A DNA stretch of 61,900 nt from a bacterium (GTDB lineage: Bacteria; SZUA-182; DTGQ01; JAFGSM01), in assembly GCA_049472355.1 (NCBI GenBank), contig JBLIRP010000008.1:1-61900 (forward strand), given 5' to 3'. Below are positions 43,501 through 51,577 of this stretch, in pieces; within the stretch, counting starts at the first letter, position 1; the number at the start of each line of letters is the position of its first letter. Position numbers and translations under genes: made by a program. Under the pieces are notes generated by a model. That model was not told the DNA's origin. It did no database searches and worked only from the letters and a program-made list of their open reading frames with translations.

Positions 43501-46500
43501 GGATACAACCGCCGGAACCTGTACCGTGCGCTATTTCGTGGTGAGCCACAGCACCTTAAATGTACAACGGGGAAGCGACTATGCTGAATCTGCGGATTCC
43601 GCCGAGAATCAGGCAATCAGCGCGGTCGATGCCGCCACGGCATTTCCCGTTACCTTCAATGACTGTAATGGAACCGGTGCCGCCTTCCCGAGACCTTACT
43701 GGCGGGCCTGGTTCTCCAATGGCACAACACTTGACTGGGATAGGGCATACACGGGCCAGGATGGCAACCTCTTCTGGCAGGTCATCGACCTTTCGGGGTT
43801 TGGTAGTGGTGCAGCGACGTTTGCCGCTGCGGAGGACGAAAAGCTCCTCGGCCTTACCCTCGGCACGCCCATGAGGGTGCGCTTCGAGGTATCGAACGAG
43901 GGCACCCAGGATGCCGACCCTGCCACCTATCAACTCCAGGTGGCGGAGACCGCCGACTGCGGCACCGGCGTGTATACCGCGGTGCCCACCGATGCGAGCG
44001 GCGACTGGCAGATCATCGATTCGACTTACATCACCGATGGGGAGGCAAGCGCAAACACCGCCTCCGGGCTCACGGACGAGAACCTCACCTTTGTGCCGGG
44101 CGATCTCAAGGACGCAGGCAACACCACCGGCGGCATCAGCCTCGCCACGGACGAATTCACCGAGATCGAGTTCACCATCCAGGCCACCTATAACGCCACC
44201 TTCGGCGGTGATTACTGCTTCCGCCTGTATGACGCCACAAGCGGGGTGCCTCTGGACAGCTATGCTGTGTATGCCCAGGTGCAGCTCTCCGAGTGTAGGT
44301 TCATGTACCGCAAGGAGCTCACCATCGACCAGTCGGTGGTGGGGGCAAGCTGCGGCTCGGACCTCACCGACTTCCCCTTCCTGGTCAACATACAAAACGA
44401 CGCAGACCTGAAAACCACAATAAACGGCGGCCATGTGGAGGACCCCGAAGGGGACGACATCATCTTCAGGGACGCAAACGGCGTGGAGCAGCTCGACCAC
44501 GAGGTGGAGCAGTATGACCCTGCCACCGGCACCCTGCTGGCCTGGGTCCGTATCCCCACCCTCTCGGCGACCAGCAACACGATCATCTTCATGTACTACG
44601 GCAACGAGTGCATCTACACCACCTCTGAGAACCCGGAGGGGGTGTGGGACCCCAACTACATGGTGGTGTTGCATTTAAAGGAAGATGCACCCGGAACGGG
44701 AACAGCGGATGTATATCAGGATTCCACGGCAAATAATAATCATGGCGCAGATTATGTTTCAGCCGCAGGGCAAACCGGTAAAATAGACGGCGGACAGCAG
44801 TTTGACGGGACGAATGATTATATAAGCTTGGAGGGCCAGGCCATCGAAGACCATGACTATGATGCGGTGACTGTAATGGCCTGGTATAAATCTTCCGATT
44901 CAACGGTGGGTGGAACCGGAGGGGTTGATGACGAATATATTTATAATCACGTATCGAACGAGGGTTGGGTTGACTTTGTTAATATGGGTCCAACTGATGA
45001 TACCGGTGAGGCCGGTCACTTGAGAGCGAGTATCGCCGTTGGCGGCGCATACAATGATGTGTTTAGCACAACCAATATTGTTGATCAACAATGGCATCAT
45101 TGTGTAGTCGTCAGGACCGGCGGTGGTGCGGGCTCAAGGGTAAAAGTCTATGTTGACGGCTTTGAAGAAGCAGATGAAGCCGATGCTTCCGGTGGTGGCG
45201 TGATATATCTGGCACCCTCGGATGTCGGCCCTATTATTGGGGATGAGGCATTCGAGGAAGAAGCCGTGCATGGGATTTTGGACGAGATCCGGGTGTCCAA
45301 CAAGGCCCGCGACCTGTGCTGGATCCAGACCGAGTTCAACAACCAGTCGGATCCCAACTATGTCAAGGTCGGGCCCGAGCTGTACAGCCCGCCCACAGCG
45401 GTGAAGCTGGCCTCCTTCTCGGCGACGGGGAACGGTTCCTCCGTGCAGGTGAAATGGGAGACCGCCCAGGAGATCGACAACATGGGCTTTTATCTCTACC
45501 GAGCGCCGAGCCCGAACGGCCCCTTCACCAGGCTTACCGACAGGATGATACCCGGGCTCTTCTCCTCCCTGATGGGCAAGGAATACACCTTTATGGACAC
45601 CGGGGTCACCTATGGCAGGCTTTACTACTACCGGCTCGAGGACGTGGACCTTTCCGGGAACCGGACCTCCCACGGACCAATATGCGTTGACTGGGACGGG
45701 GACGGCATGCCGGACGACTGGGAACTCAGCCACGGCCTGGATCCGCTGGTGAACGACGCCATGCTCGATCCCGACGGCGACGGCCTCACCAACCTGGAGG
45801 AGTACAGGCGGGGCACCGACCCGTTCAATCCCGACTCGGACGGCGACGGCATCCCGGACGGGGGAGACCGGATACGAAACGACGGGGAGGCCCGCGTGAC
45901 CCGGTCCATTACCCCGGGTGTCCAGGTGGTGGAGCAGGACGCGACCGGCGTGACCCTGGAGCTTCGCACCGAGGCATTTGCGAAAACGGAGGTCAGGGTG
46001 AACGGCACGACCTATCAGCGCCTGAAAATAGACGAATATATCCACGGTGCAACCGAGCAGGTGGGAAGCCCCGAGCTCCCGGTGAAGGGGATCCTGCTCG
46101 ATGTGCCGGATGGCATGACCGCATCCCTGACCGTGGAGAAAACCGAGGTCACCACCCATGCCGGATACCTGGTCTACCCCGTTCCGGAAACGGTGGTCGC
46201 AAACGAGGGCGACATGGAGCGGGTGGCCGAGGTATTCGCCAGGGACGAGGCTGCCTTCGCTGCGAATGCCTTCTATCCGGAAGTGGTTGCACGGCTGGGC
46301 AGGACCTACACCTTCAGGGACCAGAAGAGGTTGCATGTCGTGTTCCATCCCCTGAGCTTCAATCCGAAGACCAGGGAGCTCAAACAGCACCACTTCATAA
46401 GGGTGCGGATCGATTACCGGGATGCCAGGGCGCGCTCCCTTACCAGGGAAAAGCCCTCCGCATGGGCGCCCCCCTCGGCTGAGCCCGCATACCGCGTGCT

Positions 46501-49018
46501 CGTGGCCGAGGAGGGTATCTACCGGCTCACCGCCAATGAGTTGGATGCGAACGCCATCGAGGACCTGAGCCAGGTGCGGCTCTACAACCTCGGGCAGGAG
46601 GCGGCGCTCTTCGTGCACGACCAGGATGCGGACGACTACCTGGATGCCAACGACTACATCCTTTTCTATGGCAGGGAACCGGACGACGAATACGCGAAGT
46701 ATTCGAACCACAACACCTACTGGCTCACCTCCTCGGGCGGCACCGGGGAGCCGATGCGCATGGCCGATGCAAACAGTGCCCCGGATATCGCAACGATTGC
46801 CGGTACGCATCTGTTCACCGTGCACCACGAGAAGGATGAGTGGTACCTGAGCAAGGCCCCGGGCGATGATTCGGTTGACCGGTGGGTCAGCCTCCCCTTC
46901 GTGCTCGGCGAGGAGATGGACGGGGGCGGGGTCCCGGTGGACTTCACCGTGCCCCTTACCGGCGTCACCGGGGAAGGGAGCATGGCGATCCGCCTGTGCA
47001 GCCTTGTCGACACCAACCACGTGGTGAAGGTGGCGGTAAACGGCGATCCCGCGGGAACCTTCGAGTGGAACTCGGTCGCATCCTACACCGCGCTCACCCA
47101 TCCCGTGGACCTGCTGGAGGGGAACAACACCGTAACCTTCAGGTGCGTGAGCGGTGCTGACTCCATAGCCGTAGACTGGATCGAGGTGACCTACGAACGC
47201 GATTTCACCGCATCCGCAAACACGCTGACATTCAAACACGACCAGGGATACGGCTACCAGGTCGAGGGATTCACCTCCAGCGATTTGTGGGCGTTCGAGG
47301 TGACCTCAGCGAACGAGGTCAGGCTCCTCACAAACTGCCAGGTATCAGGGACCAATCCCTATACCCTCGCCTGCGAGCCCCTGTATGACGGGAACATCCC
47401 CGGGGAGCGGACCTTTCTTACCCTGGCTGCGGATGCCCTGAAGACACCGGTAGCAGTGGAAAAGGACATCGCCTCGAACCTTGCCGATACCGCAAACGGC
47501 GCGGACTATATCCTGATCACCCATCGGGAGATCGGATGGGATGGAAACGGTGACCCCTTGCAGTGGATCGGTGACCTGGTGTCCCTGCGCGAGTCCCAGG
47601 GACTGCGTGTCACTGTGGTGGATGTCCAGGACATCTACGACGAGTTTGGCTACGGCATACCCGGACCGCAGGCGGTAAGGGATTTTCTCAAGTATGCCTA
47701 CACGGAATGGACTGCACCTGCGCCCACCTATGTGCTTCTGGTGGGTGACAGTACCTATGATCCCAAGACCAACTGGGACTGGTGGTCGGGTGCTGATTCC
47801 ACACCGTATCTTCCCGTGTACCTGACTCACACCGACCATATGGGTGAGGCGGGAACGGACGAGTGGTTTGCCCGGGTGAGCGGCGACGATGCGGTCCCGG
47901 ACCTGTACATAGGCCGTCTGCCGGCAACAACCGCGGACCAGGCCGCGATAATGGTTGACAAGATCGTGGCCTACGAGACAACAGCGAACACCAAGACCTG
48001 GGAGAAGAATGCCCTCCTCGTTGCAGACGACCAGGAGGAGGAGTACGAGGCGATCTTCGAGACCACGAGCGAGAACACGGCATCGCTGATTCCGGAGGGG
48101 CTGACCACATTCAAGGGATACCTGTCCGACTACTACAGCGCGGATGATCTCTCCACGGACATCGCCACGCAGCTCAATCAGGGCACCCTGGTGGTGAACT
48201 ACAGCGGCCACGGCCATATCCAGTACTGGGCCACCGAAAAGATCTTCGAGAATACCGACGTGGCTTCCCTTGCAAACAGCGGGCAGCTTCCCTTTGTTGT
48301 GGCCATGACCTGTCTTGCCGGAAACTTCACCTATCCGGAGACCTGGAACAATCCGTCCCTGGCCGAAGCCCTTCTGCGTTCGACGGCGAATGGCGCAGTG
48401 GCGGCCCTCATGCCCACCGGCATGACCGCACCCGAGGGGCAGCTCATCCTGGATACCGCCCTGTTCGACGCGCTCTTCACCCGTGACATCCGCACCCTCG
48501 GTGAGGCGATCTCCGAGGCGAAACAAACCCTGCTTGCCAACGGGGACGGCATGGGTGAGATAAGCGCAACCTTCCTCCTGTTCGGGGACCCGGCAATGAC
48601 CCTCAAGGTGCCGCTGCCAAGAAGGCCCAGGCTGCTCGATGCGCAGACCACCGTGGAGGATGGCGTGACCATCTCCTGGGAGGAGTCCTCTGATTGCTAC
48701 GGAGGATCGGTCGTCGGGTACAACGTCTACCGGAGCACCAGCCCCACGGGGGGATATACAAAGCTGAACACCGAGCTCCTGGACGAGGTGGAATTCACGG
48801 ATCCCTCCATTGTCCCCGGGGTCACTTACTACTACGTGGTGACCGCCGTGGACGGGGACGGGGACGAGAGCGTGCAGAGCGCGGCCCTTGGCGCGGGATT
48901 GCACGTGGGGATCAATGCCGGCAATGTAAGGATCATCGACAACGGCTGCTTCATCGACACGGTCAGGGATGTGCCCGCAGGGAACAGAGCGCCTTGGTGG
49001 ATGAACCTGTTCAAATAA
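37511..49018 (+). CDS. Giant (3835 aa) secreted modular protein: P-domain-like N-terminus, three spacer domains, three DUF2341+LamG modules, Ca-binding DxDxDG repeats, gingipain propeptide, C25 cysteine peptidase, FN3, GCFIDT tail
   Basis: RBS GGAGG; signal peptide ending ARA-A; SHTWPDDIDILL.GP; three LDHEVE.YD...AWVRIP and three HL.E...DE.R.S; ADYILIT, YVLLVGD, IGRLP, NYSGHG (His), MTC (Cys), LLFGDP. Confidence 0.93.
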   Translation: MNAIQRIFRHPAVIAVFLGVLVALLPLCAARAAVYSNSTSISIPDSGAATPYPSTITVPSTSGTVTKVMVKFIGLSHTWPDDIDILLEGPGGQTIMLMSDQGGGGAVSGVTLTFDDNATEDIPDGVGVVSGMYKPCETTQGDTLPSPAPSSPYTGTQLSVFNGVAPQGDWDLYVIDDAGGDSGSISGGWELIIITDEESDIYRLGGWHTGLTGYTAPSGTNRLLVFVSGYEHGPVGDSDITNVTYGGVPMTEAVGCITSASGVKARCEIWYLLDAGIPGGSNDFAVSYSISPIDVGMLDASIADPTQTTNIYINYVNPANANGYLNKITCNVNTVGDGDFRVFTCSKSGSNFTVRDFANLTVTATGEQTHSVNLQVNSGDYLGFWCNTLRLERGDEGAIQYYYENPAGLPTVPGIGTVYSCSFGDRNLNILLYGEYVAPNDPFHAAATYANVNQADPFEDTAQNEDSVDPITNPIEVTGNVVEGGIAIAGAVAGDTDPYTWGNGWDTCSNQDTVEAAMSTAEHMITATGTDTASAYHSGTNHYRQVIVAVSLNPLVGLSLSNHAAGQEGDKFGTGASVTGAELFAFKLTNNGTSDATVDTVEFQLSSVTGIVQGDFANLAIYIDTDNDGTIEAGEITTVGGAGAVDAGVTTITFLADFTVSAGATVNYILKGDVSNLAEGDELTISLATGNVTLTAGSTGGSGTTSVTHEKEFYYAHRRRITIDHTLIGVDCASDLIDFPFLFEMTDNDLKGTASGGCIENANGYDIIFMDESCTIQLDHEVELYDSAAGRMVAWVRIPVLSYTADTAIYICYGNSGITSPTENPEGVWDSNYAGVWHLKETDIDGGPGDIKDSTSNAHHGTTFGMDINDQVAGKIDGSFDFDGGDYVGLSNDSFSTLSSVTVEAWVKTNNSSAQQTLFDAKEGTDANDSFGLGIYSNKFRVWVKRGVAYTAISSDNALADGSWYHFVGMCGLSGLKMYVNGLEQLATSPTTDCLDDLPTPQKNYIGVEDYVGVLQAYWNGIIDEVRISNIVRSDCWVETEYNNHADPNFYEIGPQEGVVDVVLADHAAGQEGDKFDENASVIGAELFAFQLTNNETSAATIDQVVFQLSSVSGIAQGDFANLSIYIDADNDGTIEAGESTTVGGAGAVNAGVTTITFGTDFDIAAGATVNYILKGDVASLIPNDTITIDLGPDNVIVLGSGTASGNDAASAVHSSISGFGYKKQITIDQSVIGPSCGSDLIDFPFLIQIDNDTNLRSTTNGGHVEDPNGWDIVFTDANSVCILDHEVELYDGVNGDLVAWVRIPTLTYDADTIIWMYYGNRGIFSPTENPDGVWDPNFVGVWHLEEQVTDDATGGTHEDSTGAHDGTQQYNGPIAGQIADGQDFDGSGDFIQIADSDALRFGTGGTDHPFSVSAWVSGETDHAQIVGKNWDPPYGEEFDFYISSGGYFTFEVYDSDGQVIGRASTATVTGGWQHLVATYDGSKSPNGIKIYIDGAEQATTDESDRLLGFLLYDDMAATSAPVQIGAYDGGGNDWDTDGQIDEVRISNKVRDLCWIETEYLNQSDPNSFIVGPEIGVAVELGDHAAGQEPDAFTDAASVTDAELFAFHLINRRGVTVAVNEIVFPLSAVSGIVQGDFANLEIYVDTDNDGTIEAGEDTPVGGTGVVDAGCTTITFSENFDIAALSTVSYILIGDVANLVTGDTITINLAPANVAPVADTTGGVSPASAIHLAGAPTLTQIHARWRNDDGVEQASGFIVQSYQGNMGAQSSVAVPITAVSSLDRAFILAPAGKMSAGRGSLNANQNANEVLVRARFTATNQVTLTRGTNTNDSLYSFFVVEDLTGDEIYVKSGSSAFTGNTDADLDINVGAGITDYTKTVVFLTVSSDSAATTYYNEAHIRGYMTSNTNLALRRTAGNSIATVDWFVVEFKGSGWSVQQGNFSLTTGTHAAPQSQAIGAVTMADTFVFMNWQADTNGLDQTSAKVELSNSTTLRFSRQDTTAGTCTVRYFVVSHSTLNVQRGSDYAESADSAENQAISAVDAATAFPVTFNDCNGTGAAFPRPYWRAWFSNGTTLDWDRAYTGQDGNLFWQVIDLSGFGSGAATFAAAEDEKLLGLTLGTPMRVRFEVSNEGTQDADPATYQLQVAETADCGTGVYTAVPTDASGDWQIIDSTYITDGEASANTASGLTDENLTFVPGDLKDAGNTTGGISLATDEFTEIEFTIQATYNATFGGDYCFRLYDATSGVPLDSYAVYAQVQLSECRFMYRKELTIDQSVVGASCGSDLTDFPFLVNIQNDADLKTTINGGHVEDPEGDDIIFRDANGVEQLDHEVEQYDPATGTLLAWVRIPTLSATSNTIIFMYYGNECIYTTSENPEGVWDPNYMVVLHLKEDAPGTGTADVYQDSTANNNHGADYVSAAGQTGKIDGGQQFDGTNDYISLEGQAIEDHDYDAVTVMAWYKSSDSTVGGTGGVDDEYIYNHVSNEGWVDFVNMGPTDDTGEAGHLRASIAVGGAYNDVFSTTNIVDQQWHHCVVVRTGGGAGSRVKVYVDGFEEADEADASGGGVIYLAPSDVGPIIGDEAFEEEAVHGILDEIRVSNKARDLCWIQTEFNNQSDPNYVKVGPELYSPPTAVKLASFSATGNGSSVQVKWETAQEIDNMGFYLYRAPSPNGPFTRLTDRMIPGLFSSLMGKEYTFMDTGVTYGRLYYYRLEDVDLSGNRTSHGPICVDWDGDGMPDDWELSHGLDPLVNDAMLDPDGDGLTNLEEYRRGTDPFNPDSDGDGIPDGGDRIRNDGEARVTRSITPGVQVVEQDATGVTLELRTEAFAKTEVRVNGTTYQRLKIDEYIHGATEQVGSPELPVKGILLDVPDGMTASLTVEKTEVTTHAGYLVYPVPETVVANEGDMERVAEVFARDEAAFAANAFYPEVVARLGRTYTFRDQKRLHVVFHPLSFNPKTRELKQHHFIRVRIDYRDARARSLTREKPSAWAPPSAEPAYRVLVAEEGIYRLTANELDANAIEDLSQVRLYNLGQEAALFVHDQDADDYLDANDYILFYGREPDDEYAKYSNHNTYWLTSSGGTGEPMRMADANSAPDIATIAGTHLFTVHHEKDEWYLSKAPGDDSVDRWVSLPFVLGEEMDGGGVPVDFTVPLTGVTGEGSMAIRLCSLVDTNHVVKVAVNGDPAGTFEWNSVASYTALTHPVDLLEGNNTVTFRCVSGADSIAVDWIEVTYERDFTASANTLTFKHDQGYGYQVEGFTSSDLWAFEVTSANEVRLLTNCQVSGTNPYTLACEPLYDGNIPGERTFLTLAADALKTPVAVEKDIASNLADTANGADYILITHREIGWDGNGDPLQWIGDLVSLRESQGLRVTVVDVQDIYDEFGYGIPGPQAVRDFLKYAYTEWTAPAPTYVLLVGDSTYDPKTNWDWWSGADSTPYLPVYLTHTDHMGEAGTDEWFARVSGDDAVPDLYIGRLPATTADQAAIMVDKIVAYETTANTKTWEKNALLVADDQEEEYEAIFETTSENTASLIPEGLTTFKGYLSDYYSADDLSTDIATQLNQGTLVVNYSGHGHIQYWATEKIFENTDVASLANSGQLPFVVAMTCLAGNFTYPETWNNPSLAEALLRSTANGAVAALMPTGMTAPEGQLILDTALFDALFTRDIRTLGEAISEAKQTLLANGDGMGEISATFLLFGDPAMTLKVPLPRRPRLLDAQTTVEDGVTISWEESSDCYGGSVVGYNVYRSTSPTGGYTKLNTELLDEVEFTDPSIVPGVTYYYVVTAVDGDGDESVQSAALGAGLHVGINAGNVRIIDNGCFIDTVRDVPAGNRAPWWMNLFK
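39186..44650 (+). repeat. Intragenic domain repeats: spacer domain x3 (~39186, ~40698, ~42250) and DUF2341 x3 (~39650, ~41170, ~44300)
   Basis: Recurring HAAGQE...ELFAF.L...QGDFANL.IY.D.DNDGTIEAGE and ENP.GVWD. One further copy of each lies in the 54589-60300 gene. Confidence 0.85.
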
Positions 49019-49118
49019 ACGGAACCAAAGTGCCGAAGAAATAGTGAGGGCCCGATTGATCGAGAAAGATACACGAGAACTTCATACGCATGGTTCAATA
49101 TTGTGTGGGGGAAGGGAC

Positions 49119-49436
49119 ATGGAGGCATTGAATCGGCAGTATACGCGGCACGAGCATTTCGTCTTCAGGAGGATACAGGATGAAATGCTGCTTGTCCCCA
49201 TCAAGGACAATGTGGGGGACATGGGATGCATCTACAATCTGAACGACGTGGGTGCGTTCATCTGGGAGCACATGGATGGTGAAACCAAGCTTGGTGATAT
49301 TTTAAAGATGATGGTGGAGGAATTCGACGTGTCCTCGGAGAGGGCGGAGGAGGACCTGCGAGAATTCATTCGCCAGCTCGAAGAGATCGACGCAATCAGT
49401 TACATTGCTCGCCCAAAGGGGGGGAATGACCTATGA
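49119..49436 (+). CDS. PqqD family protein (RiPP recognition element)
   Basis: RRIQDEMLLVP, YNLNDVGAFIWE.MDG, EEFDVS...AEEDL..F..QL. Confidence 0.9.
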   Translation: MEALNRQYTRHEHFVFRRIQDEMLLVPIKDNVGDMGCIYNLNDVGAFIWEHMDGETKLGDILKMMVEEFDVSSERAEEDLREFIRQLEEIDAISYIARPKGGNDL

Positions 49437-49603
49437 CCAAGAAGGGAACACGAAAACGGGAGTATACAAAACCTGCCGTGACGCGGATCACCCTTGACGC
49501 GCGCTGCGCAGTGCTGGGGTTTTGCAAGACCAATGCGACCCTGGGCCCCGGGGTTCCCAACTGTGGTGCGCCCTTTGCGCCCTGTTCCTCCCCGGGATCG
49601 TGA
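49433..49603 (+). CDS. Putative RiPP precursor peptide, 56 aa, four Cys (not in the ORF track)
   Basis: ATGA overlap with the pqqD stop, G-rich RBS. MTKKGTRKREYTKPAVTRITLDARCAVLGFCKTNATLGPGVPNCGAPFAPCSSPGS: basic leader with YxxP, Cys/Gly/Pro-rich core. Confidence 0.85.
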   Translation: MTKKGTRKREYTKPAVTRITLDARCAVLGFCKTNATLGPGVPNCGAPFAPCSSPGS

Positions 49604-49651
49604 TCCTGGGGTTGCTCGCGATCTGATCTGAAAGGGTTTTTCCGAGACAAC

Positions 49652-50512
49652 ATGCCAGAGGTCTTGACCATACGCATCGGCGACGTATCGATCGCCATCG
49701 ATGGGGAGCGCGTGGAGGGGAATGGGCGCCTTCTGTCCTCCTATTCCCCCTTTATCGGGAATGGCAGGGTTGATATCCGCCTGCGGCTGCATTGCGGAAT
49801 CCCCGATAATTTCAGTATGGGCGAAAGGGTGTTTGCGTGTCCCCCCATGTGGACCCTCTACCGCAGGGATGGCTCCTCAATTATCACCATCTGCAATCAG
49901 GGCGCAGGGCTGGAACGGGCCCTCGTGCTCTCCCCTGAAATCGATGAAGCACAGCTCTATATCGCCCGGGAGACAAGGTTTCTGGGAGATCCCTTCTACG
50001 GCCCCACCATGGAGCTTCTGCTGCTGCACTATCTGTCCCGCGGAAGGGGGGCCATCCTGCACGCCTGCGCCGTTAATCGAAAGGGGAAAGGGATTCTGTT
50101 CATAGGGGAATCGGGTGCCGGAAAGAGCACCCTGGCCGGGATATGGCAAGCGAACGGTGCCGGCGAGGTGGTGAGCGATGACAGGGCGATCGTACGCACA
50201 CAGGGGAATCGCTTCCGGATGTACGGCACCCCCTGGCACGGGGATGCACGACTCGGCCTTCCCGGGGGTGTGCCTCTTACCCGCATATTCTTCCTGCGGC
50301 ACGGGAGCGTCAACGCCGTAAAGGACCTTGCGGGGATCGATCCGGTGGCGAGGCTCCTCACTTGTTCCTTTCTCCCCCACTGGGACCCTCAGGGAGTGAC
50401 GTTCGGCATGGATTTTTTCACCGGCCTGGCCGCCCGGGTCCCCTGTCAGGAGCTCTTCTTCAAGCCGGACCGGAGTGCCCTCCACTTCATCGAAAAGATC
50501 ATGGATGTCTGA
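49652..50512 (+). CDS. HPr-kinase-like / ScmC-like P-loop protein
   Basis: LHACAV, GESGAGKST, SDDR, YGTPW.G. Confidence 0.8.
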   Translation: MPEVLTIRIGDVSIAIDGERVEGNGRLLSSYSPFIGNGRVDIRLRLHCGIPDNFSMGERVFACPPMWTLYRRDGSSIITICNQGAGLERALVLSPEIDEAQLYIARETRFLGDPFYGPTMELLLLHYLSRGRGAILHACAVNRKGKGILFIGESGAGKSTLAGIWQANGAGEVVSDDRAIVRTQGNRFRMYGTPWHGDARLGLPGGVPLTRIFFLRHGSVNAVKDLAGIDPVARLLTCSFLPHWDPQGVTFGMDFFTGLAARVPCQELFFKPDRSALHFIEKIMDV

Positions 50513-50614
50513 AGTTGCTTTACCGGGTAACCGCATAAACCGGATTTTCAATTTTTGTCAAGGCAAGCCCGCATGCCGCTTCGTGGCGCCACGAGGCATG
50601 AAATATAATATTTA

Positions 50615-50809
50615 TTGCTTCCAAAGGGCGTTATTAAGGAACGAAAGAAACGATATAAGGACAAGGTCTATTCCTATCATTATCTAAAATACCGTGATAA
50701 TACAAAGGTGGTCAACAAACACATTGCAGGCTGGCAAGTGCAGGAAGTCTCAAGAAAACTTGAACTGATAAAAAAATATGAGAAGGATTTCAACGAATTT
50801 ATTACGTGA
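50615..50809 (+). pseudogene. Fragment of a small basic hypothetical protein
   Basis: LPKG.I...Y.YLKYR...KVV.KHI pattern; TTG start without a clear RBS, probably 5'-truncated. Confidence 0.4.
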
Positions 50810-50819
50810 TTCAGTAACC

Positions 50820-50990
50820 TTATCTCACATATGAAGCCTTTTTAAGCTTAATACCATATTGTTTTTTAGTATCTTCCGCTTCTTTCCGAATGGCTTCTAT
50901 TTTCTCTTTATCAGTCATATTTTTCATTTCTTCATAAATCTTTTCCTGAATCTCGTGGATTTCTTTCATAGGTCTGGGTTCTCTATACAT
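50820..50990 (-). CDS. Small charged protein (56 aa), probable antitoxin partner of the upstream PIN gene (not in the ORF track)
   Basis: MYREPRPMKEIHEIQEKIYEEMKNMTDKEKIEAIRKEAEDTKKQYGIKLKKASYVR; GGAGG RBS; overlaps the PIN stop. Confidence 0.7.
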   Translation of the reverse strand: MYREPRPMKEIHEIQEKIYEEMKNMTDKEKIEAIRKEAEDTKKQYGIKLKKASYVR

Positions 50991-51456
50991 ATTCAACTAC
51001 CTCCAATGGTGAATAGATTTCTATCTCTTTATAACCCATCAGTGCATTGACACCTGTGACTTCCTTTTTTGTCTTAACCTTTACTATATGTTTAAAATTC
51101 CAGCTCACCAACACATCCAAATCATTCACGGAAGCTACTGCTATATGAAGGGCATCATTTTCATATCTGGTTGGAATAATGCCTTGGTTTATGTATCTCT
51201 TGGCCAAGTTTTGAGAATCCTCATCAATAGCCAATTCTTCAGGGACAATACGTTTTATTAAATCACTCAATTTTATCCTTATCTCTTGCGGTGCCCTATT
51301 GATCTCCAGGATAACTAATTCCGAAATAAAAGCCTCATATTTGCCGCTTATTATTTCATCGAAGAGTCTTAATGTAATCCCTTTTTCATAAGGCACATCA
51401 TCTGCTAATGCAAAATTAAATATTGATGTATCTAAATAAAGCTTTAATTTCTTCAT
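50983..51456 (-). CDS. PIN domain protein (putative toxin), intact
   Basis: LYLDTSI, ISELVILE, DALHIAVA, LVSWNFKHIV. Confidence 0.88.
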   Translation of the reverse strand: MKKLKLYLDTSIFNFALADDVPYEKGITLRLFDEIISGKYEAFISELVILEINRAPQEIRIKLSDLIKRIVPEELAIDEDSQNLAKRYINQGIIPTRYENDALHIAVASVNDLDVLVSWNFKHIVKVKTKKEVTGVNALMGYKEIEIYSPLEVVEYV

Positions 51457-51577
51457 TTTACTATCCTAAATAGTATTATACTTCATAATCATTCTCCATG
51501 AAATATTTTCTAAATACATACTTAACAAAGAGACCGTGCCTGAGAAGGCTGCAAGCTCTATCTATATGAAAGTATAG

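Noticed and set aside
19130..47239. Long antisense ORFs (19130-21010, 27124-29154, 45134-47239 and similar)
   Set aside because: Shadows of well-supported GC-rich genes on the opposite strand; no motifs of their own.
48600..49018. T9SS sorting domain or PEP-CTERM on the giant protein
   Set aside because: No YPNP/KxxxK-type domain and no PEP-TM-basic tail; it ends in GCFIDT plus a short tail.
49119..50512. Lasso peptide or PQQ biosynthesis cluster
   Set aside because: No lasso cyclase or B2 protease, no pqqB/C/E, no ExxxY motif; the putative core has no Asp/Glu acceptor and is Cys-rich.
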